Positions 10,144 to 21,937 of a stretch of 64,000 bases of DNA are shown here, one piece after another. Source of the stretch: an uncultured Methanosarcinaceae archaeon (lineage in GTDB: Archaea; Halobacteriota; Methanosarcinia; Methanosarcinales; Methanosarcinaceae); the NCBI GenBank assembly GCA_963847185.1, contig CAWJYV010000003.1:13834-77833 (forward strand), given 5' to 3'. Both the position numbers and the translations under genes were made by a program. Each line of letters begins with the position of its first letter. Positions within the stretch are counted from its first letter, which is position 1. Under the pieces are notes generated by a model that had not been told where the DNA came from, made no database searches, and saw only the letters and a program-made list of their open reading frames with translations.

Positions 10144-11175
10144 ATGAAAAGCGAGTCAATTAAAAATATTTGTATAATTCTTATTCTTGTGCTTGGGATA
10201 ACAGTGAGCCAGGCAGGTGCTGCAGTTATAACCGTGAATTCAAATGGGGGAGGAAACTATACTACAATCCAGGAAGCAGTTGATAGTGCACAAAACGGGG
10301 ATACAATTCTAGTATTTCCTGGAATATATAACGAAAATGTAAGAGTAAACAAAGAACTTACAATAACTTCAAACTCCTCTCTCACCGGAGACGAGTTAAA
10401 TCGAACATATGTATTGGGAGCTAATCCTGATAATGATGTTTTTTCCATCAACTCAAATAATGTAATAATAGAAGGTTTCTTTGTTTCAGGGGGTCCTTCT
10501 GGAACGGGACAAAACGAGGTGGGAATTTCCCTTAAGGGAGCGAACAGCTGTTCATTAATTAACAACGCCGTGATATTGAACGATATTGGAGTTCTTCTCT
10601 CGGGCGCTCAGGGTAATAACCTTACCGGCAATCTCATAAGCCTCGGAAATGAAGGAATTTCCCTTGTGAACTCTCAGCAGAATGTACTGTCTTACAACTC
10701 GGTAGTAGCAAATAGCAAAGGAATTTTACTGAACAACTCAGTCAATAATAAAATTGATAATAACACAGTAGACTCAAACTCAGTAGGAATTTATCTAAAC
10801 TCAGCAAGCGGAAATACATTTGCCTATAACCTCATCTCCAAAAACGACCATGGATTTTCTGGCCAGGCTTCACAGTCCAATTACCTGATCAATAACAGTC
10901 TGTACATAAATGGAATTGGAGTGGAGCTTAAACAGTCCTCAAATAACGCAATCTTTGCGAATGAATTCATTAACTTCCTTAATGCCATAGATGATGGAAA
11001 TAACATGTGGAACAGCAGTTCTGCAGGTAATTACTGGAATAATTATAATGGAACGGATGCTGGAAACGGTATAGGAAATACTCCGTATTACATCAACGTA
11101 ACAACAGGAATTGCAGATTACATGCCTTTGATTAACTCGACTTTTTCAAGTAGTGAGTCTGCAGGACAGGTATAA
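10144..11175 (+). CDS. Secreted NosD/CASH beta-helix cell-surface protein
   Basis: Signal peptide, YTTIQEAVD..GDTILV.PG.Y motif, Asn-rich repeats, GNYW..D.MPL end. Confidence 0.85.
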   Translation: MKSESIKNICIILILVLGITVSQAGAAVITVNSNGGGNYTTIQEAVDSAQNGDTILVFPGIYNENVRVNKELTITSNSSLTGDELNRTYVLGANPDNDVFSINSNNVIIEGFFVSGGPSGTGQNEVGISLKGANSCSLINNAVILNDIGVLLSGAQGNNLTGNLISLGNEGISLVNSQQNVLSYNSVVANSKGILLNNSVNNKIDNNTVDSNSVGIYLNSASGNTFAYNLISKNDHGFSGQASQSNYLINNSLYINGIGVELKQSSNNAIFANEFINFLNAIDDGNNMWNSSSAGNYWNNYNGTDAGNGIGNTPYYINVTTGIADYMPLINSTFSSSESAGQV

Positions 11176-11410
11176 ACAGTAATTAAGAAACAATAATGGC
11201 CAGGAACAATAGGCAAGATCAAAAGTAACTGAGTGGCTCTTTAGTTAAAAAATCCATAAACAATTGCCACAACTTATTAAATAGCAGGGATAATTCATTT
11301 GCAATCCCTGATATCTTTTTTTCAAGAAATAATCTTAATTAATGCTTTGGGGGCTGAGAAGCTTTTTTGTTTATCTCATTTATTCCTCAGCGTTTATTCT
11401 TTTTCAGTCT

Positions 11411-12082
11411 CTATTGTTTTTCAGCCTTTTTCAGCTCTTCTCTTATATTTTCTACTGTCTGCCAGGAATGCCTTACAATACCTGGAAACTCTCCACAGTG
11501 CTCTTTTCCCCATTTAAGCAGAAATTCCTTTGTTTTAGGATCCGAAGGATATCCGCTGCCGAAATCCACGTGCCATTCTTTCTTGAGCTCTTCAATCAAT
11601 TCGTCCCTTCGCACCTTTGCAATGATAGAGGCTGCCGAGACAGTCGGATAAATTGCATCTGCCTGGTGCATGGAAATAATCTCTATTTTCTTTGCATGCT
11701 CGGGACTGGTTTTAGCATACTGTTTTCGAAGGTTTTCGGCAAACCTTTCAGCTTTGACATCAGCAGCATCTGCATACACAAGATCAGGTTTTAGCTCTTC
11801 AAGCACTTTTGCAAAACATACCACCATAATCTCGTTCATGCTCATGATCTTCCGAAGTTCGTCTATCTGAGAGGCGCTGACCTCAAGAATAAAAAAGCCA
11901 TCTGCATGCTTTTTGATCTGGACTGCAAGCTGCTCCCTTCTTTTAGGCGTCAATTTTTTGGAATCAGCAACTCCAAGCACCTTAAGGATATGAGCCTTAG
12001 ATTCATCGATTTTTACGCCTCCTATGCACATTGGCCCGATTACAGGCCCTTTTCCGGCTTCATCAATTCCTGCGATCATCAT
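11411..12082 (-). CDS. rnhB: Ribonuclease HII
   Basis: GIDEAGKGPVIGP, DSKKL, SAASIIAKV and GSGYPSDP motifs; ATG at 12082 after GGAGG. Confidence 0.95.
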   Translation of the reverse strand: MMIAGIDEAGKGPVIGPMCIGGVKIDESKAHILKVLGVADSKKLTPKRREQLAVQIKKHADGFFILEVSASQIDELRKIMSMNEIMVVCFAKVLEELKPDLVYADAADVKAERFAENLRKQYAKTSPEHAKKIEIISMHQADAIYPTVSAASIIAKVRRDELIEELKKEWHVDFGSGYPSDPKTKEFLLKWGKEHCGEFPGIVRHSWQTVENIREELKKAEKQ

Positions 12083-12638
12083 TCTCTGTCTGCCTCCTGG
12101 TTTGAAGGAAGAGAACTTTTTCATTTATAAAAGTAGTGAAGGTCTGTTTTACAAAGTATTAAAACAGGACTCTATAAGAATCTTCTGAAAAACAAACTTC
12201 CATTGATTTGAACTTAATAGCATGATACATTTTTCCGATTCATATTCCTCTTCTTGCAGTTAGTTAATAGAAGATTTCTACAAATCCGTTTTTGAGGTTT
12301 CTATATGCAGATAAAAGAGGAAAATAGGTTTAGAGTTAAAACCTTTTAACCTATCTTTTATTAAAATTCAGTGGCAATATATTGAAAATGAAAATCTGCT
12401 TATAAAAATTTGATTTCTTAGAATATGAAAAGTATAATTTAAAAACAAATACTCTCAAAATTTTTTTATACTATTCATACATATTTATAACTATGTTTCT
12501 CGGGTTTCCACAATGGTATGTCCTTTTTTTATTAGTCTTGTACCTCTTCTTTGTTATTTTATTTTGCATGTCAATCAATTACATCTTGCCTACAGCAAGT
12601 ACTGACAAATTTGATGATGATTACCATCGGGTGATGCG

Positions 12639-14739
12639 ATGTTAAAAAGAAAATTAGGAATCCTATTCCTATTAAGTTGCCTTATTCTTGTAAGTGTTCC
12701 TGCTGTTTTATGCAGAAGTCCCGCACCGACAGTTTACGTTGCAGGAGATGGAAGTGGAGATTTTAACTGCGACGGAAAAGACGACCACGTACAGATTAAT
12801 CAGGCTTTAAAGTTTGTTGCAGAAAATCCAAGTTACACAACTGTCCACCTTAAAGGACCTTTTACCTATGTTATTGACAGCACTCTTTTAATCGGCAGCA
12901 ATACGACTTTTGAAGGGGACTCTACTGCTGTGATCAAGCTGGTCGACAATGCGGGCTGGACTACGATGAAACCTCTTATCCAGCAGATGAGCAGCTCAGG
13001 GAATGATAATATTGTAATAAGGGGTTTCGAGGTTAATGGAAATCACGATGGGAATTCCAAAATTTCTAAGGGTAGAGGTTACTACAATATAATCTACTTC
13101 ATTCGTTGTAATAATGTAAAAGTATACAATATGTATATGCATGATGGACATGGAGACGGACTAAGGATAAAAAATAGTGAAAATGTTCAGTTTTATAATA
13201 ACAGAATCTCTAAACTGGGACACGATGGATTTTTTGCAATCAATTGCAATAACGTAGAAGCCTGGAATAATACTATCACATGCAGGACCAACAGCGGCCT
13301 TAGAGTAACGGACTCAAACTACATCAAGTTCCATGATAACTTAATCGATTCCTTTTACCACTGGAGTGCAGGCGGCTCTGGAATTCTGATTGAAAAAACA
13401 ACAGGTATCGTTAACGACGTAGAGGTATATAATAATACCATCAATAACACTTACGGGCCTGGGATGTGGCTGATAGGCTGGTCAGATTCTTATTCCAAGG
13501 AAGAAGCACAGAATGTCCACATTCACCATAATATCTTCTATAGCACCGGTACGAATCCCAGTATTGACTGGGTAGGAGGAATTTTAACCAGTGGATTTTA
13601 CGACACTCTCATCGAAAACAATGTCTTTGACAGTGTATATCATGCTGCAATTATTAGCATGTATCCTACAGGTACTCACATTTATCCTACATATGAAGTT
13701 CAGCCCAGCCTCTCACCTACAGGTACAGGATACACGACAATTGTCCGTAACAATATTATCGTAAACACTCTAAAATGCAAAAAAGACTCAAAGTGGGGGA
13801 TATGGAGTGATCAATAAATTGCCTGAAACACATTCCTTTATTCTGCAAAATAACTGCCTTTACAATAACTCAGCAGGCAAATATAAAAACTGTACATCGA
13901 CAAGTGATATTTACGTAAACCCACTTTTTGTAGACCCGAAAAAACATGACTACCACTTGCAATCTACTTCAGGCCGCTGGAATGGAAAAACTTGGGTTAA
14001 AGATAGAGTGAGCTCCCGTTGCATTGATGCAGGTTATCTTTCTTCTGATTATTCAAATGAACCTGAAGACAATGGGGACAGGATCAATATCGGGAGATAT
14101 GGAAATACAATTTATGCATCAAAATCAAATACGTCAAATAATTATGATGCAGATGGAAATAACTTCAGTTATTCTGTGAAGATATATGACAACCGTCTGC
14201 GTGAAGCTTCTCCTACCAATGTCTTAGGGAGTAATTCATATCTCGATGTTGGGGGAATGAGTACTGGCAGGTACAGGGATATTATGTGGTTCAATTTAAG
14301 TGAACATGTTAATACCACTAAAATAAGCAATGCAACCCTCTCTCTGGTCTGGTATTATCCAAGAAGTTCACGGGCAAATGATACGATCGTTGAAATTTAC
14401 AGGCCTGCTTCCTCCTGGAATCCCAGCTATGTGAGCTGGAATAATAGAGATAAAGGCATTGCATGGAAAAACCCTGGAGGAGACTGGTATGATAAAAACG
14501 GAGTCTTGCAGGGCAGTACTCCATACGCAACTCTTACTATAAAGGCCCGTACCTTACCGAACAATACTTCCTGTGCGCTTGATGTGACTGATCTCGTAAA
14601 AGAGTATGTCAGTAACAAGTATGCTAATACAGGTATCCTGATAAAAGCTCGCACTGAAAGAAACAATTATATTGCTTTTTACAGTGCAGAATACGGGAAC
14701 ACAAGTCAGATTCCAAAATTGAATATAAATTATGAATAA
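12639..14739 (+). pseudogene. Disaggregatase-related beta-helix + DNRLRE-domain protein split by a frameshift near 13791-13800
   Basis: Similarity to the 3340-4812 paralog continues in another frame (GYGVINKLPE); C-terminal YDNRLRE domain. Confidence 0.85.
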
Positions 14740-14769
14740 AGCATATTTTCAAGGAGTTTTCTGGAATTT

Positions 14770-14907
14770 CGGCAGTGTGTAGATTCTTCTGTAAAATAAC
14801 AAATTTTAAAAAGTTGTTGGGCAGACAATTCCATATCGGAAGATCAATTATGCTCATCTTACATAAAAAATTGACTTCAAATTTACAGAAAAATCTACAC
14901 ACTGCCG
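14770..14907. mobile_element. MITE-like element, family B (138 bp)
   Basis: 26-bp TIRs CGGCAGTGTGTAGATTYTTCTGTAAA with one mismatch; non-coding interior. Confidence 0.75.
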
Positions 14908-14994
14908 TTAAACAAAATCTTTTGCTAATAATTGGATGAGATTATTTGAAGAACAAATTAAAAGTGTAATTAATTCATGAGTTGACTACAATTT

Positions 14995-15073
14995 TAACTG
15001 AATAACCTGATACACTTTTATTGATTTAATTTCAGCCTCTTGCAGTTGAATTTGATATGTTTTCTACAGAGCC
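14995..15073. repeat. Partial inverted copy of MITE family A
   Basis: Reverse complement matches 1433-1510 (AACTGAATAACCTGATA..TTCAGCCTCTTGCAGTTGAATT..TTCTACAGAGCC). Confidence 0.75.
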
Positions 15074-15339
15074 CTTTTTCTAATTTTATACTAACTACTT
15101 CTCGTAAATTTTGCTTAATTCAGTTTCTCAAATTCCGAATCTCCGGTTTGCCAGATCGCCCATCAAAGCTGTATTATGTTTGCAGGAGTTTCAGTTATTT
15201 GAAAAATAGTTGTCTATTTAATAACTATAGTGCTAACTTAAGTGGAATCTATAATAACTAATTACATTTTTTATTTTTTCTTATTGTTACATCCTTTTTT
15301 ATGATCTTATAATGGGTGTCATGGATAATGCTATTTTCA

Positions 15340-16299
15340 TTAGATCGCAATTTTTATTTTTATCCTTTGTGTTTTCATATAGAACTCATAAGTTTCTTTA
15401 ATTCCATCTCTCAATGAAATGTTAGCCTTCCATCCAAGGCTACTTAACTTGGTTACATCCATCAGTTTTCTTGGAGTTCCATCGGGTTTTGAAGAATCAT
15501 ACTTAATTTTTCCTTTGAACCCTACAATTTCTTTTATAATTTTCACAAGTTCACTAATTGGAACATCCTCTCCAACTCCGATATTCACAAATTCTCCTAT
15601 TTCAGAAAAGTCATAATTCTCCATCAAAAAAACGCATGCATCTGCCATATCGTTAACATGCATAAACTCCCTTAATGGTTTTCCAGTGCCCCATACGATA
15701 ACTTCAGGTTCGTTGTTTACCTTAGCTTCGTGGAATTTCCTTATCAATGCAGGCATGACATGTGAAGTTTCGAGATCAAAATTATCGTTTGGTCCGTAGA
15801 GGTTGGTTGGCATTACGGAAATGAAGTTGGTTCCATACTGCTGGTTATAGTGTTTGCAAAGCCGGATACCTGCAATTTTTGCTATTGCATAGGCTTCGTT
15901 TGTTTCTTCAAGGAGACCTGTAAGAAGATATTTTTCTTTAAGAGGCTGTGGGGCAAATTTTGGATAAATGCAAGAGGAACCCAGAAAAAGGAGTTTTTTT
16001 ACACCATATTTATAAGAAGCATGGATAATATTTGCTTCAATCATCATATTTTCGTAGATAAATTGGGCAGGGTAAGTGCTGTTAGCAAGGATTCCACCAA
16101 CTTTTGCTGCAGCTAGGAAAACATATTCAGGCTTTTCCTGCTCAAAAAAATCGTTTACCTCTTGCTGTTTGGTGAGGTCAAGTTCTTTATGGGTGCGGAG
16201 GAGGAGATTTGTGTAGTCTTTGGATTCAAGTTTTCTTTTAAGAGCCGAACCTACGAGACCACGGTGTCCGGAGATGTATATTTTTGATTCTTTGTCCAT
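15340..16299 (-). CDS. fcl: GDP-L-fucose synthase
   Basis: [29 protein letters not shown] and [11 protein letters not shown] motifs. Confidence 0.95.
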   Translation of the reverse strand: MDKESKIYISGHRGLVGSALKRKLESKDYTNLLLRTHKELDLTKQQEVNDFFEQEKPEYVFLAAAKVGGILANSTYPAQFIYENMMIEANIIHASYKYGVKKLLFLGSSCIYPKFAPQPLKEKYLLTGLLEETNEAYAIAKIAGIRLCKHYNQQYGTNFISVMPTNLYGPNDNFDLETSHVMPALIRKFHEAKVNNEPEVIVWGTGKPLREFMHVNDMADACVFLMENYDFSEIGEFVNIGVGEDVPISELVKIIKEIVGFKGKIKYDSSKPDGTPRKLMDVTKLSSLGWKANISLRDGIKETYEFYMKTQRIKIKIAI

Positions 16300-17069
16300 A
16301 TAATTACCCTCAGATGCAATCCACGATTTTTTTAATATCTTACTTTACTCCCCTATATTGTTCCTGGATATTTGATTTTTAAAATATATTATATCTCAAT
16401 TCAGTCAGTTACTTGGAAATATATCCAAACCTTTTTTTCAAATGCTATAATGTACATTAGAGAAAGATTACTATTTTTACGAAGCATAAGCCCTTTAATC
16501 TCAGTTATATTATGATTTGTAATTAAATCACATGGATAAATTTTTTAGAACGACATTCGATGTGCAACTATATAAATTTATTTAAACTCTTATATTTATA
16601 TAATAATTATTGGGAAATAACATTATTGGAAGAATTTTGACAAGAAAAATGTAGTTATAGTATGAAACAACAAGCTTTGAAAAATAATCCTAAGATAAAG
16701 TAGAGTCACAATTTCTACAAATATAGTTGAGAAGACTCAGTTCTAAAATCTAGTGATAAAAGTAAGTGTAACATCACTACACAAATTTATAATCCTATAA
16801 TTATGTAATGATGTTACGGCAAAAAACGGTGACTATAAATCTCACTCTTAATAACTTTCAGAATTTCTTTTTCTCATATATCTTTTTAATAGTTTTGATA
16901 ATGATTTTCGGTCGTGGGCATGAGTTATTGAAAACTGTAAGCATAAGAATCTCTCTACATTTTTCTCAAATACAAAAGATATACTCTCTTTTCGGAATTG
17001 ATCAATAACCCGCGTACACGACCTTTTTTCTACCTTTTAGATATAGAAAGAAAAAATTTTGTAAATGGC

Positions 17070-18371
17070 TTACTTCCTTGCTTTAATCTTCTCAAAGAGC
17101 TGTTTCAAGGTGTCTTCATTGCTCTTTGTAAACCCGAAGGGTGAGTTTGTGAAGGGTTCAAAGTGCACAGGTACATCATCAAGCCTGTAGAACGTTCCTT
17201 CACACTCCATGGCATCAATAACACCTGGAAGCACAACATCCGATACAACTGTGGTCGGGCAGGGAACAATATCCAGACATACCAGGGGAATCTCGGCAAG
17301 GTAAGCGGCACAGTCAGCAGGGATATGGCTTACAAGGTCAGCACACATCACAAAGGCTGCATCCACGTCTTTTTCTCTGAGTACATCCACAGCTGTAAAT
17401 TCTCCAGGGTTATAACGTGGAATTCCGCGCATGAAGTCAAGCCCGAAGGGGTAGCCGTACATATAAGAAGCTACCTGGTTAAAGCCTGCAACGTTACAGT
17501 GGCCGCGAAGAGCTCCAAGAGTAAACTTGGCGTAATTGTTTAGCTCCTTTACGAGGTTCATGGCAATTTCGGAATTCCTGTACTTCCCCATTGAAGATGC
17601 AAGCCCGAGGCCTACTGTAATAGCCCCAAAGTTGCAGTTTTTCATCATATCGAGCATTTCTTCCATGACAGAGATGGGCACTCCAGTGATCTCTTCTACT
17701 GAGGAATGAGGAGTTTTTCCATGAAGCAAAGTAAGAAGTGCACTGATCAGTTCATAATCTGAATTGGGTTTAAGCTGCACGTGCAGGTCTGAAGCTTCGG
17801 TAGTTGGAGTTTTTCTTGGGTCCACAGTGATAACTGTCCTGTCAAAACGCCCTCGTTTGGTCCAGTAACCTCTTGGGAAAACTCCATACCTGGACATCTG
17901 CCTGGGCATGGATTCAAGAGGATTTGTACCCCAGTAAATGATGAGATCTCCCCTGTTTTTCTTCTGGCCTTCGGTTGCACCGACTTTTCCTGCTTCCTGG
18001 ATTCCCATAGCTGTTGGCCCGTGACAGACAGTCGAATTGGAGTCAACAAGCGCACCAAGATATTCTCCGATTTTAAGCCCTACTTCGTGTGCTTCACAGG
18101 AGGTTTCACTACCCATGAAAAGCAGAGGACGCTTTGCCGAAACAAGAATATCGGCAGTTTTTTCGAGAGCTTCATCCCAGGCAGCAGGAGTCAGTTTTCC
18201 GTCAACTTTTACAAGAGGCTGTTTGAGCCTGTGGGAACTAAAAATTTCCTGAAATTTTGCGTTTCCCATTTTACATGCGTTTCTAGCTTCAATTTTTCCG
18301 TCCCCGAACTCAACCTGGATGTCGTCACAGGTTGCCCCGCAAACAGGACAGATTATATTTTTGTAAATCAT
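17070..18371 (-). CDS. fmdB: Formylmethanofuran dehydrogenase subunit B (stand-alone copy)
   Basis: CPVCGATCDD..C cluster, VCHGPT ligand, LRGHCNVAG and EGTFYRLD motifs; Mo versus W isoenzyme not determined. Confidence 0.9.
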   Translation of the reverse strand: MIYKNIICPVCGATCDDIQVEFGDGKIEARNACKMGNAKFQEIFSSHRLKQPLVKVDGKLTPAAWDEALEKTADILVSAKRPLLFMGSETSCEAHEVGLKIGEYLGALVDSNSTVCHGPTAMGIQEAGKVGATEGQKKNRGDLIIYWGTNPLESMPRQMSRYGVFPRGYWTKRGRFDRTVITVDPRKTPTTEASDLHVQLKPNSDYELISALLTLLHGKTPHSSVEEITGVPISVMEEMLDMMKNCNFGAITVGLGLASSMGKYRNSEIAMNLVKELNNYAKFTLGALRGHCNVAGFNQVASYMYGYPFGLDFMRGIPRYNPGEFTAVDVLREKDVDAAFVMCADLVSHIPADCAAYLAEIPLVCLDIVPCPTTVVSDVVLPGVIDAMECEGTFYRLDDVPVHFEPFTNSPFGFTKSNEDTLKQLFEKIKARK

Positions 18372-18619
18372 GTTTACTCCCCTCCGACATGATATAAAAT
18401 GCTCTCAGGCAAACCCCTAAAAGCTCCATAGTATAAGTTAATTATTTATCCTCTATTGATAAAATTATCCTGTAAAATAATTTTGAAAAATCACTTCCTG
18501 GTGACTATCTAATTTAAACAGATATTCTCTATATAAAGTGTCAAAAAATTTAATCAGAGCTAGTTTGTTTCGAGAAAAAAAGGTTTATTTGATTAAAGGA
18601 AAGAGCTGATAATCTTCAA

Positions 18620-18845
18620 CTTACTTAGAGCCTCTACTCCCAATTAAAAACAGCTTCTTTATCTATTTTAATACAAAGTGGGGCAAGGCTTATACCTCTC
18701 TTTATCCTAATGATAGCTCTGGCCTTTTAGATTAGCTTCTAAGCATATGCGCCTTCGGGATAGATATACTGCACCAGCCTTCACTATATCCCAGAAATTT
18801 CTCAAGGTCCCAATCTGGGATGTCCAGAAAAACATGGTCGAATAG
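18620..18845. repeat. Dispersed degenerate repeat, copy 1
   Basis: Shares CTGGCCTTTTAGATTAGCTTC..CTTCGGGATAGATATACTGCACC..TATCCCAGAA with 19700-19860 and TAGAGCCTCTAC..ATTAAAAACAGCTTC with 31490-31525. Confidence 0.8.
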
Positions 18846-19123
18846 TTATAAAAGAAGCAAAGGTTATAGGTTTAAGGTATTCATTTTACTCGTTTTAATT
18901 ATGCTGTGGAGCCGTCAGATATATATTTGGTCCATTTCGCTACGAGCGATAGCTCTGGACATTGTAAGTGGCTTCTAGTCAGCTACAATACGGACAAAGC
19001 TTATCATGTAAACATATCCATTTTAAAAAATAGTTATAATGTAGACTAAACTTTAATGAGTAAATATAAAAGCATTTTTAAGCTGACAAACTATCCATAA
19101 AAATAGAAATATCGAGGGTTATC

Positions 19124-19522
19124 ATGAAAGACTTAGAAGTAAAAATGCTGGACGAAGAAGACCATGTTTTTATCGAAACATTAAGGAATCTTGGGATGTC
19201 AAGAAATGTCGCTACAACCATGGCATATCTTATGAATGTAGACGAATCTTCAGCCCGGGAAATTGAAGTAAGTACTGGATTAAGGCAACCCGAAGTAAGT
19301 CTTGCAATAAAGTTAATGCACAGCCAATCTTGGGTCAGTGTGCGCTCGGAAAAAAAACCTGGAAAAGGGCGACCGATGAAGATTTATTCTCTTACGGCGC
19401 CAATTGACGAGATCATAAGTTATTATGAAGACAAGATTTACAAAGAATCTCAGGCAACCATCTCTGCAATCAAGAAGCTGAAAGTGATGAGCAAAAGTAT
19501 GCCCATTATTCTCTCAAAGTGA
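19124..19522 (+). CDS. Predicted HTH transcriptional regulator (ArsR/TrmB-like)
   Basis: SAREIE..TGLRQPEVSLA HTH and GKGRP.KIYSL wing; GAGG RBS. Confidence 0.85.
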   Translation: MKDLEVKMLDEEDHVFIETLRNLGMSRNVATTMAYLMNVDESSAREIEVSTGLRQPEVSLAIKLMHSQSWVSVRSEKKPGKGRPMKIYSLTAPIDEIISYYEDKIYKESQATISAIKKLKVMSKSMPIILSK

Positions 19523-19594
19523 AGGATTTCAAACAGGTTAACCCACAATGGTTAACAATCTTTTTCAGGATCACCATTATGGGAAAAACATTTA

Positions 19595-19860
19595 ATATGG
19601 ACCACTTGCTTATGCACATTCCCATTTAGCTTTTCTCTCTGCTCATCCTTAATGTGCAGCTGGTCCTTCGATAGGCAAGGCCTTCATGCTCGGCGTTCTT
19701 ACTTTCCTTATCCCAAGCGATAGCCCTGGCCTTTTAGATTAGCTTCAGTTATGTGTCTTCGGGATAGATATACTGCACCTCCTTCCACAATTATCCCAGA
19801 AGCCTAAATTTTAATGTCAGTGTCCCGGATTTGGGACATCTAAAAACATGTTCGAAAAGC
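19595..19860. repeat. Dispersed degenerate repeat, copy 2
   Basis: Left half matches 31390-31465; right half matches 18697-18845 and 30855-30951. Confidence 0.8.
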
Positions 19861-19866
19861 TCACTA

Positions 19867-20216
19867 GATGCTGATGCAATCGAGGTAAGCGGAAACTGGA
19901 TAATGCTATCCTCTAATAAAGAAATTTATTTAAAGAAGAGGCAGCGGCAATAGCTAAAGAAAATAATATTGCTTACCTTGTGACCGGAGGCAATCGTGAC
20001 TCTGCAGAGATGGAACGACTGCTGAATAGCACAAACATCGAGTACTTCGGGTTGGCAAGACCCTCTAATTGTGAGTCGGATCTTGTTAATCGCTATGAAA
20101 AAGAATATACTGTACAGACAAGGTGCATCAGTTGCAACGCATGTCTTGACCTAAACAATGGGCTTATGCATGCTAAATTCGGATTAAGGCTAATATCTAG
20201 AAAGGGTAGTTTTTGA
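19867..20216 (+). pseudogene. C-terminal remnant of an NADH:flavin oxidoreductase (Old Yellow Enzyme family)
   Basis: DAIEVSG, a frameshift, then FKEEAAAI..VTGGNR..FGLARP..CISCNAC; N-terminus absent. Confidence 0.7.
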
Positions 20217-20260
20217 AATAATAAGTAGTCAAAATGCTAATTATGGAATATTATAAATTA

Positions 20261-20391
20261 TGAGCCTATCCCAAAACTTAAATTTGTGTCCCTGGATCTG
20301 GAATTTGAAATAACAATTAATCTTATGATACGGAAAATGGTTTTCAAAATCTTATTGATGTCGAATAAACATTAGTTTTGGGATGAACTCA
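20261..20391. mobile_element. MITE-like element, family C (about 131 bp)
   Basis: TIRs TGAGCCTATCCCAAAACT / AGTTTTGGGATGAACTCA, shared with the elements at 28916 and 41899. Confidence 0.75.
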
Positions 20392-20449
20392 AATAATATA
20401 TCCCTGTGTTTATTACAGGCCATGTAGATAGTTCTTCAAAGTTATTCAA

Positions 20450-20887
20450 TCACAAAGACAAATTCATAAAATTATATACAAACTTCATGCCACACGAGAA
20501 CAATGCCAAACCAATCCCAACATAAAAGAATCCTATGAAAAAAGCTGGCAAAAGACTAAGTTTCCGAATAGTAGTTCCACCTAATATCATTACCACCATA
20601 ATCAGGTATGACTTTTTATCAAAAAATTCCATAACAAACATTTTCTTTCTATCATCCTTATTTATTCGAATCGTGTGCTTTTCAACTAATTTAGAGAAAA
20701 TGAAAAGATAAAATACTGAAAATACTGAAGCAGCTAAAAAAACACTAAAAATATATCTCCCTTGATTTATAAAAAATGGTAATCCAGTCTTTATTACCAT
20801 TATTCCAGCAAACATCCAAACGACGCCTGCAATCAAAATTAAATATTTATTAGGAATCGATGATATCTGTTTGAAGTTGTTTTTCAT
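20450..20887 (-). CDS. Hypothetical membrane protein (about 4 TM helices)
   Basis: Four hydrophobic segments; AAGG upstream of ATG. Confidence 0.75.
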   Translation of the reverse strand: MKNNFKQISSIPNKYLILIAGVVWMFAGIMVIKTGLPFFINQGRYIFSVFLAASVFSVFYLFIFSKLVEKHTIRINKDDRKKMFVMEFFDKKSYLIMVVMILGGTTIRKLSLLPAFFIGFFYVGIGLALFSCGMKFVYNFMNLSL

Positions 20888-21016
20888 ATTTATTATTTAA
20901 CCTTACATTCGACATAAAAACTTATAGTATTATGGCTCTTTAGTATTGCACGTAATTTCTTCTTAATAAGTAATATATCCCTGAGTTTATTTCAACCCAG
21001 GAGGATAAAATAGGGT

Positions 21017-21293
21017 TTATTGAATATCTGGTTCTTGCTCTTGTTCCACTTTAATGTCTGCACTTGTGTCCTTCTAAGCAATTAGCCTTGGATCGTCAAG
21101 CTCTGGCACGAAGAAAATCAAGGTCTTTATCGAATAATAAAGCTTAGGTCTTAGTAATCGATTTTCAAAGCTTCTTTCCTTATTCTCTTCATGAAGTGCC
21201 ATTGGAACTATGTCTGCTTTATTTTTGCATAGATGACTCTTTTAAAGACATATTCTTCGAGAAATCTTGACTTGTTACAAGATACACTGGCAT
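21017..21293 (-). pseudogene. Degraded small hypothetical gene
   Basis: GGAGTG RBS + ATG, MPVYLVTSQ then FLEEYVFKRVIYAK / NKADIVPMALHEE..PDIQ* across two frameshifts and one stop. Confidence 0.45.
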
Positions 21294-21680
21294 TATTTGT
21301 TCACTCCCTTTATTGAATATTTTTAGACCAATTTGGGTAAAAAATTAAACATAATTGTATAAATAACTTTGTATAAATATTTTCAATTATCGATGAAGGC
21401 AACCATACAAGATTACTATTCCAAAAAAAGCTAAAAACGATACAACGAACAAAATTTACAAATATTTTCAACAAGAGTTTATATTTTGTAAGAACTAACC
21501 TGTCACCTGAAGGGGATATTATAATCATATTGCTTACGGAGTTGATAAAATAAGTACACAGGCAGAAGCAATAGAGCTTATCGAGAAGCATAAGGAAAGC
21601 ATAGAGTATCTTTCGAAGTTTGGAAACCCGCTTGAAAAGGCAATCATAAAAGCCATAATATCTTTAGCCGAGGTGGAATA

Positions 21681-21809
21681 ATGCCCCTAAACCAGGATCA
21701 AAGACAAATAAAGTACGAGCAGGCTGCTGCAAGAAATGAATTATTTAAAAAGGTAGGGCAATCAAGGAAAGTAAAAAAAGAGCAAATATTAAGGAAAACT
21801 GTGCCATAA
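21681..21809 (+). CDS. Small basic hypothetical protein, 42 aa
   Basis: GAGGTG RBS; TAATG overlap with an upstream start-less frame (..EYLSKFGNPLEKAII..). Confidence 0.4.
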   Translation: MPLNQDQRQIKYEQAAARNELFKKVGQSRKVKKEQILRKTVP

Positions 21810-21937
21810 TCACCTTCTCGAAGACCTAAATGGTCCATTAACACCTCATTTTTACTTCTTTTATAGCTTTTATAAATTTAGAACCTATCCGAAAAATCTT
21901 ATATTTCAAATTATTATGTGTTTTTTTAGGACTTATT

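Noticed and set aside
18015-18035. Possible selenocysteine in FmdB
   Set aside because: The ligand codon is TGT (Cys) and there is no in-frame TGA.
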